Source: Oopsacas minuta (lineage: Eukaryota; Animalia; Porifera). From it: a DNA stretch of 64,000 nucleotides. Position numbers and translations under genes: made by a program. The stretch spans positions 186,001 to 250,000 of the forward strand of contig JAKMXF010000011.1 in the NCBI GenBank assembly GCA_024704765.1, in the 5' to 3' direction. How positions within the stretch are numbered: the stretch's first letter is position 1; every line of letters starts with the position of its first letter. This document shows positions 11,450 to 25,200 of this stretch, one piece after another. The notes beneath the pieces were generated by a model that was not told the origin of the DNA, ran no database searches, and saw only the letters and a program-made list of their open reading frames with translations.

Positions 11450-13850
11450 GAATTTGTGTATATTCAAGTGATCATGAAGATGAGGAAGCTTGTGATGAAT
11501 AGGATACAGATGGATTAACTGTAATAGGCGCTGGTCGTATTGAACACGAAAATATCTTTTAAGTATTGAAATTGAACGATTAGTTAAAAGGGTCAGTAAT
11601 GTGATGAAATTGATGAAATGTTATGCTCTAAAACCGAAAGGTTGTGTACAAGAGAAACATTCAAACGATTTGAATTACATACTCGATTGTAAAACTCGTT
11701 GGAGCTCCATTCTAATCATGCTTGAGAAGATTGATAAAATAAAGAAGCATGTCAAAAATGCAATACTTGATCTTGATATAGGGATCATATCAATGATGAG
11801 GATTTCCGCAATTATCAAATACAGTGGAAGCCGCGTAATTGGAACTAGTATATTTGGGAGCAGAATATTTACATAGAAAAATCGTCAGATAATTGGGACA
11901 TCGAATCGGTTAATAAGGATTTCTTATCCCGATTAATCGGATCTGAAAAAGATATTCACATAATTGGGATTTCTATCCCAATTAAACCATTTTATTTTTA
12001 TTCAAAATCATTGTTTAATGGTTTGTTTTAAAAACTAGGAATTGGAATATTATCTACAACCATAACAATACAACACCAATGCGATTACCTTTTGCTAAAC
12101 TAAGATTAGTAATTTGCTCACTTGATTCAGGGTCCATTGGCTGTTCCACCATGTATAATTCCCACAATAATGACCAGATTGTTGGATATCACAACATTTT
12201 GCATGAGTTGCAATAATATCCAAGTGAATTATTGTTTAATCACTTACTTCCTACGTATATAGCGTAACGCATTTTATCACCTCTTAAAGTGGGACTAGAC
12301 CCTTACTACAACGATTTCTCTACTAGACCATAAATAAATCAGGATTAGTAGTATTGAAATAAGATATATCTGGTTTGTGGCCATTAAAACTAGTTTGAAT
12401 ACTTAAATAATCATAATCGGATAATCGCGCCAAACATTGACTCCCGAGCCGTCCCGATTAAGCGGCTTCCAAAATATTGTCAAAGCCCTGGACCCAATAT
12501 ATAACCTAGAAGTAGGGCTTTGCGAATTGTACATTTGCTGAAGCTACTATCAAGTTTCTATTAGAGGAAATACAAAATTATTCATCTTCCGTTTATAAAC
12601 TACAGTTCTTGAAGAAATTCAAGGACTGATTTCTCAGCAACGCCATACTGATGCTAGTTATAATTGCATATTACATAAGCCTACAGCTAAACCAGAAAAA
12701 TAAGGAATGGTTAACAATTTATTTTATGATATATTATCCAGAATGAGTGAGAGAGGATATGAAAGAAGAAATCAATAATACTTCATGTAATACAAGTTCA
12801 GAATCATCTGAAATTGCTGCCACAGAAATGCTACTTATAGCAAAGAAATCGCAACTAGCCATCGATGCTTCAATGATCCAACCTCAGGAGATTATATGAA
12901 TGAATACATGATTACTAAGCAAATAGGTAGAAGATGTCACTATTCAGGGAATCTTTACAAGCTGTTGATTACAGTACAACAAACCTAGGTCCATGAAGAA
13001 TGAATTCTATTCTTAGAAAATACGTATGCAAAAGGTTTAGCCCAGGCCTGAGCAACATGACCTTGTTTCATTAGAAATAACAAGTCAAATATAAATAATT
13101 AACAAGGTAGGCAAATTTCATTATTATATTGCATATATTACATATCTGGCCCTAAATGCAGCAAAGCTTAACTTCATACAATATAATAATACTGATTATA
13201 TAATTGTAACAATAATTATCCTGGGATTGAGAGTACCAGGGTATCTATCGAGCTATATTGTAGCGGGCCTAAATGAGTTCTCGATTTCGATTAAGCGCAT
13301 AGACTAATTGAATTTCCGAAGCATCAACTTAAATTTAAGCAAACTATACACCCATTACATAGAATATAGTTATACAACTTTCCAGAGGTGATATCTAGAA
13401 TCTTTTGCTATACAAATAAGTAACATTGTATATTTATCTTATGCATTGTCTCTTTTAGTAAAATTAAAGTTTCTCCTATGTAGTACCAGAAGTATTAGGA
13501 CTCGACCTATATAGCATTTATCAAGCTTCCTCCCTTTAATTATAAACAGTTTACCTTTTGAATTATTTTACAATATTCATGAATTCAACTGAACTCTCCT
13601 TAAAAACTATAATATAATACAATTGACATTCATGATTATTACGTAACCCTTACATTATTCGTCGAAATTAGGCGTATACAGCGGGCCGAACTCTCAAATT
13701 TTCTTGCTCCTAACTATACAAATTTTTAGTAATACGCGGCTGTAAGAGCGCGTAGTGCTCCTGGTTGAAAGCCTTGAGGGGAACCCAGGATTAGCTGAAA
13801 TTTAATCCCGAAATCCCGTTACACAAAAGAAAACGGGATTGCAAGCCCTA
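11450..13850 (+). pseudogene. hAT (Ac/ZBED-like) relic with one right terminus
   Basis: Acidic linker, IERLVKRVSNVMKL and DCKTRWSSILIMLE. The terminus atcccgaaatcccg...cgggattgcaagcccta ends at 13850. Confidence 0.6.
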
Positions 13851-13930
13851 GCTACATGTTATTATAGTTCCAAAATTACAATAAAGGTCATGAATTTAGT
13901 GGGAATTCAGGAATTTCGAAATATTTTTAC

Positions 13931-14167
13931 CTGAATGTAAATTAAATTCGCATTCTGGAGGTGATGAATACTTCATACCAATTAGTTTCAGCATGTCAAG
14001 CTGGACGCCAGTGTTTCTTACTTTGAAATCAATCTTTCCATCTTTCGGAAAGAATCCCTTCCAATTCGAATCCAGCCAGTGTTTATTCAACATTTTTACA
14101 TTTTCTTGGGCATATGCAGCTTCACATTTTCTCAGATAGGTTTGTTTCATGCTATTGACCCATTGAC
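13931..14167 (-). CDS. OGDH: OGDH exon (fourth in window)
   Basis: Bounded by tttag|GTCA and TCAG|gtaaaa; 237 nt, phase 1/1. Translates as (G)QWVNSMKQTYLRKCEAAYAQENVKMLNKHWLDSNWKGFFPKDGKIDFKVRNTGVQLDMLKLIGMKYSSPPECEFNLHS(G), matching OGDH KHWLDSPWPGFF...STG...IG...FTIHGG. Phase and protein alignment are both contiguous with the 49941 exon. Confidence 0.92.
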
Positions 14168-15602
14168 CTAAACAATATAAAGCAAAAATTATTTTCAACG
14201 AATTGCAAAATGAAGTTGACAAAAAGAAAAATACTAAACAGTAAGCAAAGGAATTTGAAAGTGATAAGAAAATATTATTGAAAATCTATACTATCAAAAC
14301 GCAATTAATCTACATATATGTGTATATGCTTGAATATAATCGATGTATATACGCATATGTTTGTATTCCAAAATTGATTGAAGAACTGGTAGACCAGCTG
14401 ATTTTAGGAAAACTATGGAACTGGCTCGGAAAAGTTCGAGTCATGGAAGACAACTCACACCTATGAAGAAATTGTGCCTTAATATTCACCTTATTGGATA
14501 AAAATAATCATATATCTGCCAGTGCTCACCCATTATACATGATGGAAGTTTGCAATTTGTATCACAGGTAGCCCTCAATGGGCTAAATGTCCTGATAGCA
14601 TGATTTTGACTAAATATAAACTCATCATGGAATGAATACGTTATAATGACTATACAAAATTTGAATTTTTGTATAAATTTCAATATTATTGAGAGCATTA
14701 TTATACTTAAGGTTGGATTTACCCAGATTGCTAACCTAAACCCACGTAGCAGCTCAGGAATACAACAGAGGCGATTAAAAAGTATTTTTGATGGGCCATG
14801 AAGAATAGAAATATATATTTGCAAGGTTTACTTCACGGAAGTCGCTAAGAGTTTTCACCTAGAGAGGGGGGGGCAGGACGATGGGAAAGGTGTTTCACGG
14901 GTTTAGCAGGAGCATACCTAATGCCAGATCATTAAATTTTAGTTGGGTAGAACCATCCAGTGTGGCAGTTGCGTTGTGTGGCTTTGATATAAGGGGGGCA
15001 CAAATCCAATCTGGTTGTCAATAAGTTCTAGATGTTTCCTACCAGATTGAATTTGGGCACCCCAGATTTCAAATCCTATGAGCGCTGTAAATAATCAGTA
15101 AGGTCCAAAAGCCAAACAATTGAAAGAAATAACGTTTGGTCTGCAATGCCCCATGAAGTTGTTTTTCTGGGAGAGTAATATGTTGCTCGAAGACTATTTG
15201 GGGCCTCAGTTATATATGCACGACGTTACTGCAGATGGTGGTCTGGGTGTTGTAATCTTCCAGTCGTGACGGGGCGTAGCCCTTGGACAACAAGCTACAA
15301 TAGCCACTAAATTAAGCACCTTTGTCAGTACGTGGCAGTCCATGTAGGTTTGAAACTTGAAACAATGTACCATAAGTGTGTAATACACATTTGATTTGAT
15401 TATTTTTCAATTGGCTTTGTGCTTTGCGTATATGAATAAGATGGATACATTTCAGGGTTCTATCCAGGAATTTGTTAAGGCGTATCGCTTTATGTGACAT
15501 GTGTCTGGAGGAATTTTCACCAGCCATAGCTCAATGTTAGTGTTATATTTTAGGATTAAATAGTGAAATATTTAATAAACAACCAGAAATTATCAAAAAG
15601 TA

Positions 15603-16910
15603 CAAGGGTTGTTCAATAAATTTGAGACTATGTTCATAATTCATTAAGTAAACATATACTTATCGTAATTGATTATCAAATGTTTCGATAAATTCCCCCT
15701 TTAACTTTATACACCGTTTCCATCGTTCTGATAACTTTACAAGCCCAGTGGTATAGAATTCTTTAGGGGTCCCTTTTCCCACTGTTATATTTCATACTCC
15801 AGCCGTTTGAAATCATCAAATCTCTTCTCTCGAAGAGGTCTCTTCATCTCTCCAAACAGCCAGTAGTCGCTGGGAGCCAGGTCTGGACCATACAGGGGAT
15901 TAGGGAGGCAGTCGAATCCTAAGTCGTCAATTGCAGCCATTGTCTTGGAGCTTACATGGGGCCTTGCGTTGTAATGTTGCAGCAATACGCCACGTGTCAA
16001 CTTGCCTCGCCTCTCACATTTACTCGCTTCACGAAATTCTTTCAATTCGTCAACATAATAATCCCTGTTTATCGTTGTCTTCTCAGGCAACCAGTCGAGG
16101 CGTATAATTCCTTCCCTATCCCAAAGTACTGTTGCCATTCTCTCCCCTGCTGATTTTGCGGCCTTTGCCTTGATGGGTAGAAGTTCATCACGTCTCTTCC
16201 ACTGCTTCGATTGAGTTTTGCTCTCTGGTTCATAATAATGAAACCAAGTTTCATCCCCCATTACTATACGATCCAATAAGTCTTCCTCTACTGTGTACCC
16301 TGGTAGTAATTCTTTGCTAACTCTGACCCTTTCGTGTTTTTGTTCTTTAGAAAGAAGTTTTGCGACCCCACGCGCAGTTAGCTTCGACATTTCCAGATCT
16401 TCAGTGATAATTGAGTGTAGTGTGGCTTTTAATATACCTACCCTCTCTTCTAACTCACGCAGGCTTATTCGTCTGTCCTCGTCCAAAATTGTTTGGACCC
16501 TCTTGATATTACTGTGGGTTTTGGAGGAAGTCGGACGACCTGGACGAGGGTCATCGTGGAGTTCCTCATCGCCATTATCAAAACGTTCGATCCATCTATA
16601 TATGGTGGCTTTCGAAGGACATTCATCACCGAAAATATCCTGCATTTCACGAAGAATGTATGAACCAGCCTTCCCCTTTTTCCACAGGTACCAAAATTGT
16701 TGTTTTCCTTCTTTGCTACAATCTATTAGTTGAAAAAAGTAGCCTATACAAATGAAACTTTATACTGAAGAATAGCTAGTAGAGTAAAGAGTATATTGTA
16801 TCGAAGTTAGGCAATCAAGTTAGGCTTGTAATCTGATATTAGGCTTAGAGCTGTATTAACTAGAATATGAATTCGATACATTAGTCTCAATAAATATTGA
16901 ACAACCCTTG
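15603..16910 (-). mobile_element. Mariner element, full length (1308 bp), inactive
   Basis: TA TSDs at 15601-02 and 16911-12; TIRs CAAGGGTTGTTCAATA...GAGACTA. The 286-aa ORF has GDETW and PDLAPSDY, but the second catalytic D reads HYNARPH. The start codon is lost and there is a premature TAA at 15785. Confidence 0.95.
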
Positions 16911-17364
16911 TATTTTATCAACAGAGGTTTCGACTGGAAAATCGTACAATAATCCTTGATACTATAACATGTATAGTCAAGTCCACTTGTGACTGTGCCG
17001 ACTATACTTTAGTATAGTGGCCTAGTATTGAAATGGGTGCCTATATTATTTTTAACAACTGAAGGGATACCGACCCGATACGCCAAAACTGCCTGAGGAA
17101 AACATTGCATTTGCTCAGGGTATAAATACTCGAAAATATTACCTAGTTCGGTAGATCAATATAAGCTATATTCCTTATTTATGGGTGAGATTAAATAATA
17201 TTGAGGGTAAGATGCGAGCGAAGCAAATCGAAATTTTCCAGTCTGAAATCTAAGCTAAGGGGTCCGGTGGCATTCCCGGGGCACGAGTTTGCAAGTGGGA
17301 CATTACCCCCTATGCCCCCCCGTGGCGACGTCCCGAGTTAACATCAGGGTACGTAGTCCCAAGT

Positions 17365-17476
17365 ATATTCCGTCGCGTAGCAACCAAAAGCTTCAAGAAA
17401 TGTAGCAGTTAAATACTTTAGCTAACCTGAGAACCTAAGCTGTCGCGCAGCAACCAAGCATGCGCAGCGCGATAGT
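17365..17476. repeat. Short dispersed repeat; an inverted related copy lies at ~23146-23284
   Basis: ccgtcgcgtagcaaccaaaa...cgcgcagcaaccaagcatgc has the same layout as the reverse complement of 23146-23284. Confidence 0.55.
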
Positions 17477-18149
17477 AGGAAATAACCGGGATGATTAATT
17501 GTTATAGATTGAAGATAGAGGAAAGAGTTGAACCAGAAAATGAAATACAGGAAACAATCAATGAAGATGTTAGTACCGCTTCTCTTGTTAGGTAGCTGCG
17601 CGATAGCAGTATCTCACCACTTTGCTCCTCAGATTTAGCATAAGCATGAAAAGACAAAAATTTTTATCGTGCCTTTAGTAAAGGTGACAGGATAAACTAA
17701 GGAATACGGTGATCAAATTAAAAAAAAATAGCAAAAGAATAGAAATTCATTATCCAGGCTCAATTCAGGATACCAGTATTAGATACTAGTGGTGAAAATA
17801 TAGTTGATACACAGTAGTTTAAAACAGCAATTGTAAAGAATAGGTAATTATATCAGGGCCCTGTATTATATATTATTTAGATTCACAGTAGAGTCTCGTG
17901 AATACGTACACCAGTGTACTGTCTAAAGTTGTATTACATATACGGATGTATTATCGATCATATTACATGGAAAAGGCATTGAAGGAGACTGATAAGTATA
18001 CACATTTGTGCTACTCATCCGAAATTACTCCTTGACAGTGTTTGCATTAACGAGACTTTACTGTGCATGATCGATACACACGAGTTAATCGAAAATTATG
18101 CATTCTTTCTATGACATCACTTTTTCTAAATATCAAGTCAATTGATGTA

Positions 18150-18325
18150 CAGTGGTACCTGTCTTGTACGACCACCTGGCGTTCCGACAAATGTGGTCGT
18201 AATAGACAGGTGGTCGTTGATCACAAGTTTGCTACAGCCGAATGTATTTTTTCCGGGCCGGAGAAATCAGTCGTAAAAGGCAGGAAGTCGCTCATGGCAG
18301 GGGTCGTACAATACAGGTACCACTG
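18150..18325. mobile_element. pogo/Tigger-type MITE (176 bp)
   Basis: TA|CAGTGGTACCTGTCTTGTACGACC...GGTCGTACAATACAGGTACCACTG|TA. Confidence 0.9.
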
Positions 18326-18474
18326 TACAAAAGATTATCAAACCTGGGTTGGTAAACTATACAATAAAATAATATATGTACAATCATAGCTCCGAGGAAA
18401 ACAATTAACTAAGCGAATAGGGTAACAATATTAGATGGGTGTTGGGTATTAGCTGATTTGCAACACTTCGAATT

Positions 18475-20300
18475 CTATTTATATCTCGATTCACCACATC
18501 CTTTACAAGTTAAACTTTGTCGATAGCTTACTGAAATCGGATCACCCTTCGAGGCTAATATCACGAAAAAGTCCATAAGATTAGTCATGACAATATTTTC
18601 CTGGGGAAACCTTGACGATATTTTCGGACAGGTTGGGACAAGATTCTGTTGCTTCTTAAGAGATATCCTACAAACTTTCATTTGACTCTCGAATCAACTT
18701 CTAAGAGTGGGCTTATATTTGTGTAATGTTAAAGAATCAACAATCAAGAGATAAATACCTTCACACAGATTCCTCAATTCCAGGCTGTCTACCTTCCGGC
18801 TTGAATGATAAACTATAAGGATTGTATTACCGTAATTTCTGAATAAACGGTCCTGGTGCTAGAGAATGGCTCCAAGATTTGGTAAAAACATCATCATCAT
18901 TCTCTATAAGATTTCTTTGATGAAAATTCCGCATAATTTGACAATGTAATAAATTAAAACTATATTTTCCTAATATTATTTCGATTTTCAAAGGTTGTAT
19001 AAATAAATGATCACGAAATAATCAGAGCTCGACGGTTATTCAAGAAATGTAGTAAGTTGTGTATGGATCATCGTTAAAGCAGGCCGATGTTGGAGGGGAT
19101 AGGTAGACAATATACAATTGAGGTGATCAATTTCTTAGGAAAAGGTCATTCTGGCACCTGTAGAGTTCGTTCGAACTTTAGGGTTATCAGGTGGGTCAAC
19201 TTTCAAACCAGTTTTCTCCTGAAAAAGTGATTGAATAAACTTCATAGAATCCGTAATAGTTATATGTTCCATCTTCATAAAGCTATTTAGGATAAAAACC
19301 ACGAGAATTGTTCTAAAAGGTAAATATTCGATATTATCAAATATCCACAAAATATACTGGCGTAAAGATACATATGAGGCATGCGAATGAAGTAGACATG
19401 TTGAAGATATGTAAATAAAGGAGATTTGTTTATGATAGGTTAATACAATTATTTGATGAAGTGCAAAGAATGATTAGATATAGTTAACTTAGAAAAATGT
19501 GTAAATAATCTACTGATAGGGAGTCAATAAGTTAAGAATTCTCCATCGTTGAAATTTTCAGAAGGAGGTTTCACAACAATAGTTGGTAAGAACTAAGGGC
19601 TAGTGCTCCGAGAGATACTGGGTGCGATAGATCATAAAAGTAGGAATGTTTCATGTTCAAGAATGGGGGGCATTGCCCTCTGTCCCCCCTCCCTCCACCG
19701 TTACGCCACCGTCCTAAGTCCAATGTCCGGACTTTCTTCCAGGGGGGCAGTTTACCAAAACCGCAACTATCCAGACTATTTGCAATTCCAAAGCTCAGTT
19801 GGAAATCTTGACTGGCATGATATATAAAGTATTCCATTAAGGGTATTTGAACTTGAAGGGATTATGAAATATATAAACGAATTGGCTTTAGTAGATCAAG
19901 AAAATAATGTATAGAAGGTAGCGAAATTGATAGAAAGCGGAGAACTTCAACATTGAAAAATGATGTAAGTTAAATCTGTTTACTAACAATGTCTGAAAAA
20001 AGTTCTGTGTACTAAATTCGACCAATGTCGAGGAGGTCAGGAAGGAACAAAGATTGATCAAGTGCAACCAGTTGATCTCTATGATAACTGAACCATATAT
20101 CGTTTACAATTTCTGTTGCAACACTTACATCCGGAAGGTTATCTTCATCAAAATTTTGGGGTCAAAATAATAACGACGTAATTTGATAAGTGTGTTCATT
20201 TCCAACAATATTTGGACTTGGATTATGCTAGGGCCTTGGAGAGGGAAACACTTAGCAATAAAATATATATATATATAAGCAACAAAGAATATTTGTAAAC
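18475..20300 (-). pseudogene. Transib/RAG1-like degenerate copy (T4)
   Basis: Fragments occur in the same order as in T1: DQSLFLPDLLDIGRI*YTEL; LSFGIANSLDSCG; FQEKTGLKVDPP..NSTG; NLMDFFVILASKGDPISVSYRQSLTCKGCGES. A hAT-like terminus interrupts it near 19670-19720. Confidence 0.8.
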
Positions 20301-21731
20301 AGCAAACAACTACTTCCGTACCTAAAATTCCCCCAATTTCGACAAGCCAGTGCATGCCCAATAGGCTTTCAAACACATGAATTTTTAGGATTAGTAATTA
20401 ATTAATTGATGATTAATATATTCGAAGTACAATGCACAACTCCATAACTATGAACTTTTCACGAACAAAGTCGTCGGGATATTAGTCAAATCGCCATCTC
20501 GAGGGTTCCTGTCATTCAAATTTCAGATGTAAATTATGTATATTGGTTATGAAGTGGAAATAATTTGAATTTGAAAAAAGTAATCTCAAGTGGGGTTTAT
20601 GTTCCTGAAATTGCCGCGCGAACGACAAATTCACGAACAGCAAGACTATAATCTAATGAGAATAGTGGGGTTAGGATCCTGAATTTAAAGATAATACCAG
20701 ACACACATAGCGCTACTAAAGTACAATCAATATCAATATTGGGCACTAGTTATTAATCAACAGTTTTGATTCACGAATTGAGCAAATATCAAGAGCTAAA
20801 TACTTGGATGGCCAAAAAAAATATAAATCTTACTTCTTGAGACAATAACATTTAATCTTGCCACATATCAACACTGATAATATAAAGAGGTATTAATTTC
20901 GAGGATAAGTCAATGTCAATTATAATTAGAGGAAGAGATAAACTTAGTACATCTGGAGGAAAGATACAATACAGTAATTATTGAAATGGATGTGTGAAAA
21001 TTTCTCCATCAAACTTCTTATGTGTGTGACGAAATCGAGAATATTCGAGGGAAGTGTATAACCACTTTGGGGAGAAAGTAAATATCACCCGAGAGTAGTC
21101 TTAATACAAGTACGTATAAACCAAGTTCTACTGTATATAGGAAAACCGTCTTAATGCTGGATATCTCGGGCCGTTATGTTACCCCTATTAAATTATAGCC
21201 TCTTGACTCGAAAGGTTTTACATCTAAGTATTATTCATTAAAAAAATTTTAACAACTGCTCTGAAAGACTTGAAAAAAATTTGTTGTATTCAGGGCCGCA
21301 GCGAGGGGCGCCTGTGCAGCCGGACCTAATTCTCAACCGCCACTTGATGAGTACTCACTTGGAATTTGGGTATATTATGTAAATATTGAAGCCTAAAAAA
21401 ATTATTAAAGAGTTCAGAAGATTATCAAAAACAATTTATTAATGCATTACTTGAACGTATAAATGAACAACACAGAATAATGTATTGTATTCTAAACAAC
21501 GCATTAAAATTCAAAATTTGAACTTCTTTTCCCTAAACATTTGTTAAAGGTGTGATCGATTTCAAATAATGGCATTAATGCGTAATCAATTAGTATACCG
21601 AAGAATACATAAATCACTTACTAAACCTTTTACACCATGGTTCTCATTAGGTTTAGCTATGGACATGACACTGAAAAATCAAATGGAAGAAGAAATAATG
21701 ATAATGGTTTCAGTACTGGCCCATTATACTA

Positions 21732-23070
21732 CAGGGTGGATCAAAAGTGCAGTTGTATAATTAACAATTATACGAAGATCATAATATTTGCGACCCATTT
21801 CTTACTCTTATCATTTTGTTATTATTCTGGAATTTGAAATTGTTTTGTATATTTATCTGCACAAACTATTATACATATCAACTTTTTGACAGTTTTTTCT
21901 AAGTTTTTACATTTTTGTGCACCTTTTGCATAATGGATGTCAACGACCATGGTATTGAACTCCGAAATAAAGCCATTGGGATGCTAAGGGCTGGTTTGAC
22001 TCTTATAAAAGTGTCAGATGCTTAGATATTTCAATTAGATCAGTCCAAAGATGGTCCCATCGAGAAATACTTGGACAATCCTTGGGTACTATACCCAGGA
22101 GCGGACGCCCAAAGATTCTTTCTCGCGTTCCTAAAATCATCATATCCTGACTTTGTCAAGAGAGGAAAATCTACACGATCTATAGCACGTACATTGGTCA
22201 ATTCTGGTTTTTCCGCTTCCCATTCAACAGTACATCGCTATTTGAGGGATTCCATCAATGTTTATCCTTACAAAAGACAGCGAATCCCTCTACTGACCAA
22301 TAAAATGATGCAAAATCAACTCGACTTCGCCTTCAAACACTAGAATTGGACTGTAACAGATTGGGAGAATGTTTTATGGTCCGATGAATTACCCTTTCAA
22401 ATATTTGCATCACCAAACAGGCAGAACGGCCAAGTGTGGCCACATGGTTTGGCGGATGTTCAGCCATTCAATTGTGTTAAATTCCCGGCGAAATCCAAGT
22501 TTGGGGATGATGTCTCATCAGGCACTCTCAGAACTCCATATAATCGCTCAGAAACAGAATGTTAATGGTGAATATTATGGAGAAAAATATTGAAAGGAAC
22601 TTGCATGGATGCAATAAGAAGAACAGCAAATTCTGGTACTATTTTGGAACGGTCTATGACTGAAAAGATGTCTCAGTCGATTTTTATGCAAGATGGCGCA
22701 TCAGCCCACACCGCCAAGTTCACTTAGACTTGGTGTTCAGAACACCTGCCAACCTACTGGGCGAAGGCTGACTGGCCAGGCAACTCTCCGGATTTGAATC
22801 CAATCGAAATTTATGGTCTATCCTTTCAGACAGGCTCAGTAAACTCCCCGAAGTTAGCACTATAAATTCTCTCATAATTCATTTGAGAAAGGTGTGGTTA
22901 GGGATTGACCCTGTGATTTTTCGAAATTTGACAAATGGCATGCCTAATCGCATTGGCGAAGTTATATGTCGATCAGGAGATTATATTGGTAAATAGAGTA
23001 TAAGTTTATATTGTGTATTGAATGATTTATAATCAAATATATAATACGACAGCACTTTTGATACACCCTG
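21732..23070 (+). mobile_element. Tc1-like element with DD37E spacing, decayed
   Basis: TA-flanked TIRs CAGGGTGGATCAAAAGTGC/GCACTTTTGATACACCCTG; 1339 bp. In FMQDGASAH...WPGNSPDLNPIE I count 37 codons between D and E, one of them now a stop. Confidence 0.9.
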
Positions 23071-23491
23071 TAATGTATGGTTGGATCATTATTATATAAG
23101 TAAAGCTTAAATCCAATTCTAGAAATACGTATTTAACTAAACATGATATACTGCGACGCAAAGCATGCTAGGTTGGTGCGCGGAAGGAAATATATACTCA
23201 GACTTCGCACCTTGGACCGAATTAATTAACTATACACTTCCAAAATTTCTCAGTGGTTTTGGTCGCTACGCAACGGTATACTATCAGAACAAAGTGCCAT
23301 GGGTATAAAAATAGTGAAAAATTATTTCAATAATGGCTTACCGAAATTACCTTTAATGGTTTTATGTGGTCACACTGTAATTGCTAAGCAGAATTTGGGT
23401 ATTAACGGAACTTTCCACCTCATAGTATTAAGAAATTCCACGCATGCCGTGGAGATGAAAAATCCCATCCATAACCATATCCAATCAATGG

Positions 23492-23650
23492 AAGTGGCGT
23501 AACTAGCATTGACATAGCATTGACATAGTGCAGGCGCACAGGTGGCGCAAAATCGGGGGATGTGATGGGACATTACCCCAGAGCAACGAAAAATAGGTGG
23601 AGCATTACGTGTCGCATATGTTCCACTTGTCCACCCTGTCTACGCCACTG
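23492..23650. mobile_element. hAT-type MITE (~159 bp)
   Basis: AAGTGGCGTA...TACGCCACTG; flanks atcaatgg/atccatga match 6/8 as a TSD. It contains an internal 11-bp tandem (tagcattgaca x2). Confidence 0.65.
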
Positions 23651-23849
23651 ATCCATGAATATCGATGTGTTAAACCAATTAAATAATTAGTCTCTAAATT
23701 CTTGTCTAGGTATATATGTATGTATTGACTTATATAGCATTGTATGATGTATCTACTGTATTAGTCCTCGAATTATAACAAAAGAAACAAGAATTTCTTC
23801 TATTTTTCTTGAGTCATCTTTGCTAGACTTTGCAAGTTACTCGGTTTAA

Positions 23850-25200
23850 TAACAATTCCAAACTTCTTAATGAATTCCACATATTCCTTCTGATACCTGA
23901 TGTACAGCAGTTTCTTCATGACAGCCGGCGACATCCTCTTTCCAATCTTCGAAAGTTTCTAGCCCGCCTGCTGACTAACAAATCACCACGGCTGGAGAAG
24001 AGAAGACTTTCTTTGCACTGGTTTTCAAATGTGTTAGCCGAGTATACGTAAAATCTGTGAGATCATTAATGGGAATCAGGGAATCTCTGAACTCTTGGAG
24101 TTCTATATCAAAAGTACCAACGTTTGAACTTTGGGCGGATTCTTGATCATAATCATTATCATTGTCACCCTCACAGGTTAGCAGGTATAAAACTTCAAAG
24201 GTGTCTCAAGAGTTTTGATGCCTGACAATTTTCAACTCTTGTGGACTGAACTGTTGGATTGATAGCTTACACATCCCGAAAGGCGCTTCACTACCTCGAA
24301 ACGGCTGATCAACCAGGCTGTCGGCTGCTGCCTTCATTCAGTTATTGGCGAAAGCGTATTGTAGGCAACTTTTCGAACGTAAATACTGCTTTACATAACC
24401 TCGGATAGTTTTAGAGATGTCAAGCATTAAATTAATTAACATGGAATTTGAAGAAATGGATTTAGCAGAGTAAGTGATATGTAAAATATTTTGGATAAGT
24501 ATAGGTTAGGTTCTTACATACAGGAGAGGAAATCAGCAGACTGGGGAAAGGGAGAGCCAGAATTCATACAACTGGTAATCCACTTGAACAGCTTGGCATA
24601 GGTTTCTTGTAACCAGTTGCTCAGATGCATCCACTTGTGGACATAATAAATGCATAGTAAGAATCAGGTAATTCATGTACAATCTATGCGATGTTATACA
24701 GTTTATCTCAACCAAATCTACGAAGAGTTTCAGTTCTCCAGTACTGCAAACATAGATTTCAGTAGGACTAGAGATGCTTGGTTATCAACAGAGTCAGTAT
24801 CTTGGGAGATGCATACCCCATAATTATACCATGCATGTAAATGCCTGTTAGAATCGGATCGCCAAGGACGAGTTTTGGATTCATCTGGTAGCGGTCTAAA
24901 CACTGATTTTACTTTATCATCACGGTAATTATAGAATTTGTCAATAGCAATAATTGTATACACTAAATGATCCTTCGATTCAAACTTTGGGTCAAGCATC
25001 AAGTAATAATGTAAGAAATGTTGACATCGCATGCTTTGTGAATTCAATACTAACTCCAAAGTTGCGATTAGTTGTCTCACATTGCAAATCGAATGGCGCA
25101 TTCATCTTTTCTCATTATCGGGTAAAAAGATTGGGTACCGTGCTTTCTTCTCCAAGCAAAATACCCCTTCAAACATCTTGAATGTAAATTTCGAGTCATA
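23850..25200 (-). pseudogene. hAT transposase relic
   Basis: TSAKKVFSSPAV and KRMSPAVMKKLLYIRYQ resemble the hAT C-terminal dimerisation region, with an acidic linker near 24120-24170. The upstream extent is uncertain. Confidence 0.55.

Noticed and set aside
674-16733. Antisense or overlapping ORFs such as 674-1009, 1472-1765 and 16293-16733 (also 44837-45133 and 46503-46736)
   Set aside because: They are shadows on the opposite strand of transposase frames, with no independent motifs.
17365-23284. Inverted copies at 17.4 and 23.2 kb as the TIRs of one 5.9-kb element
   Set aside because: Each copy looks like a self-contained short unit, they are quite diverged, and no TSD was found.
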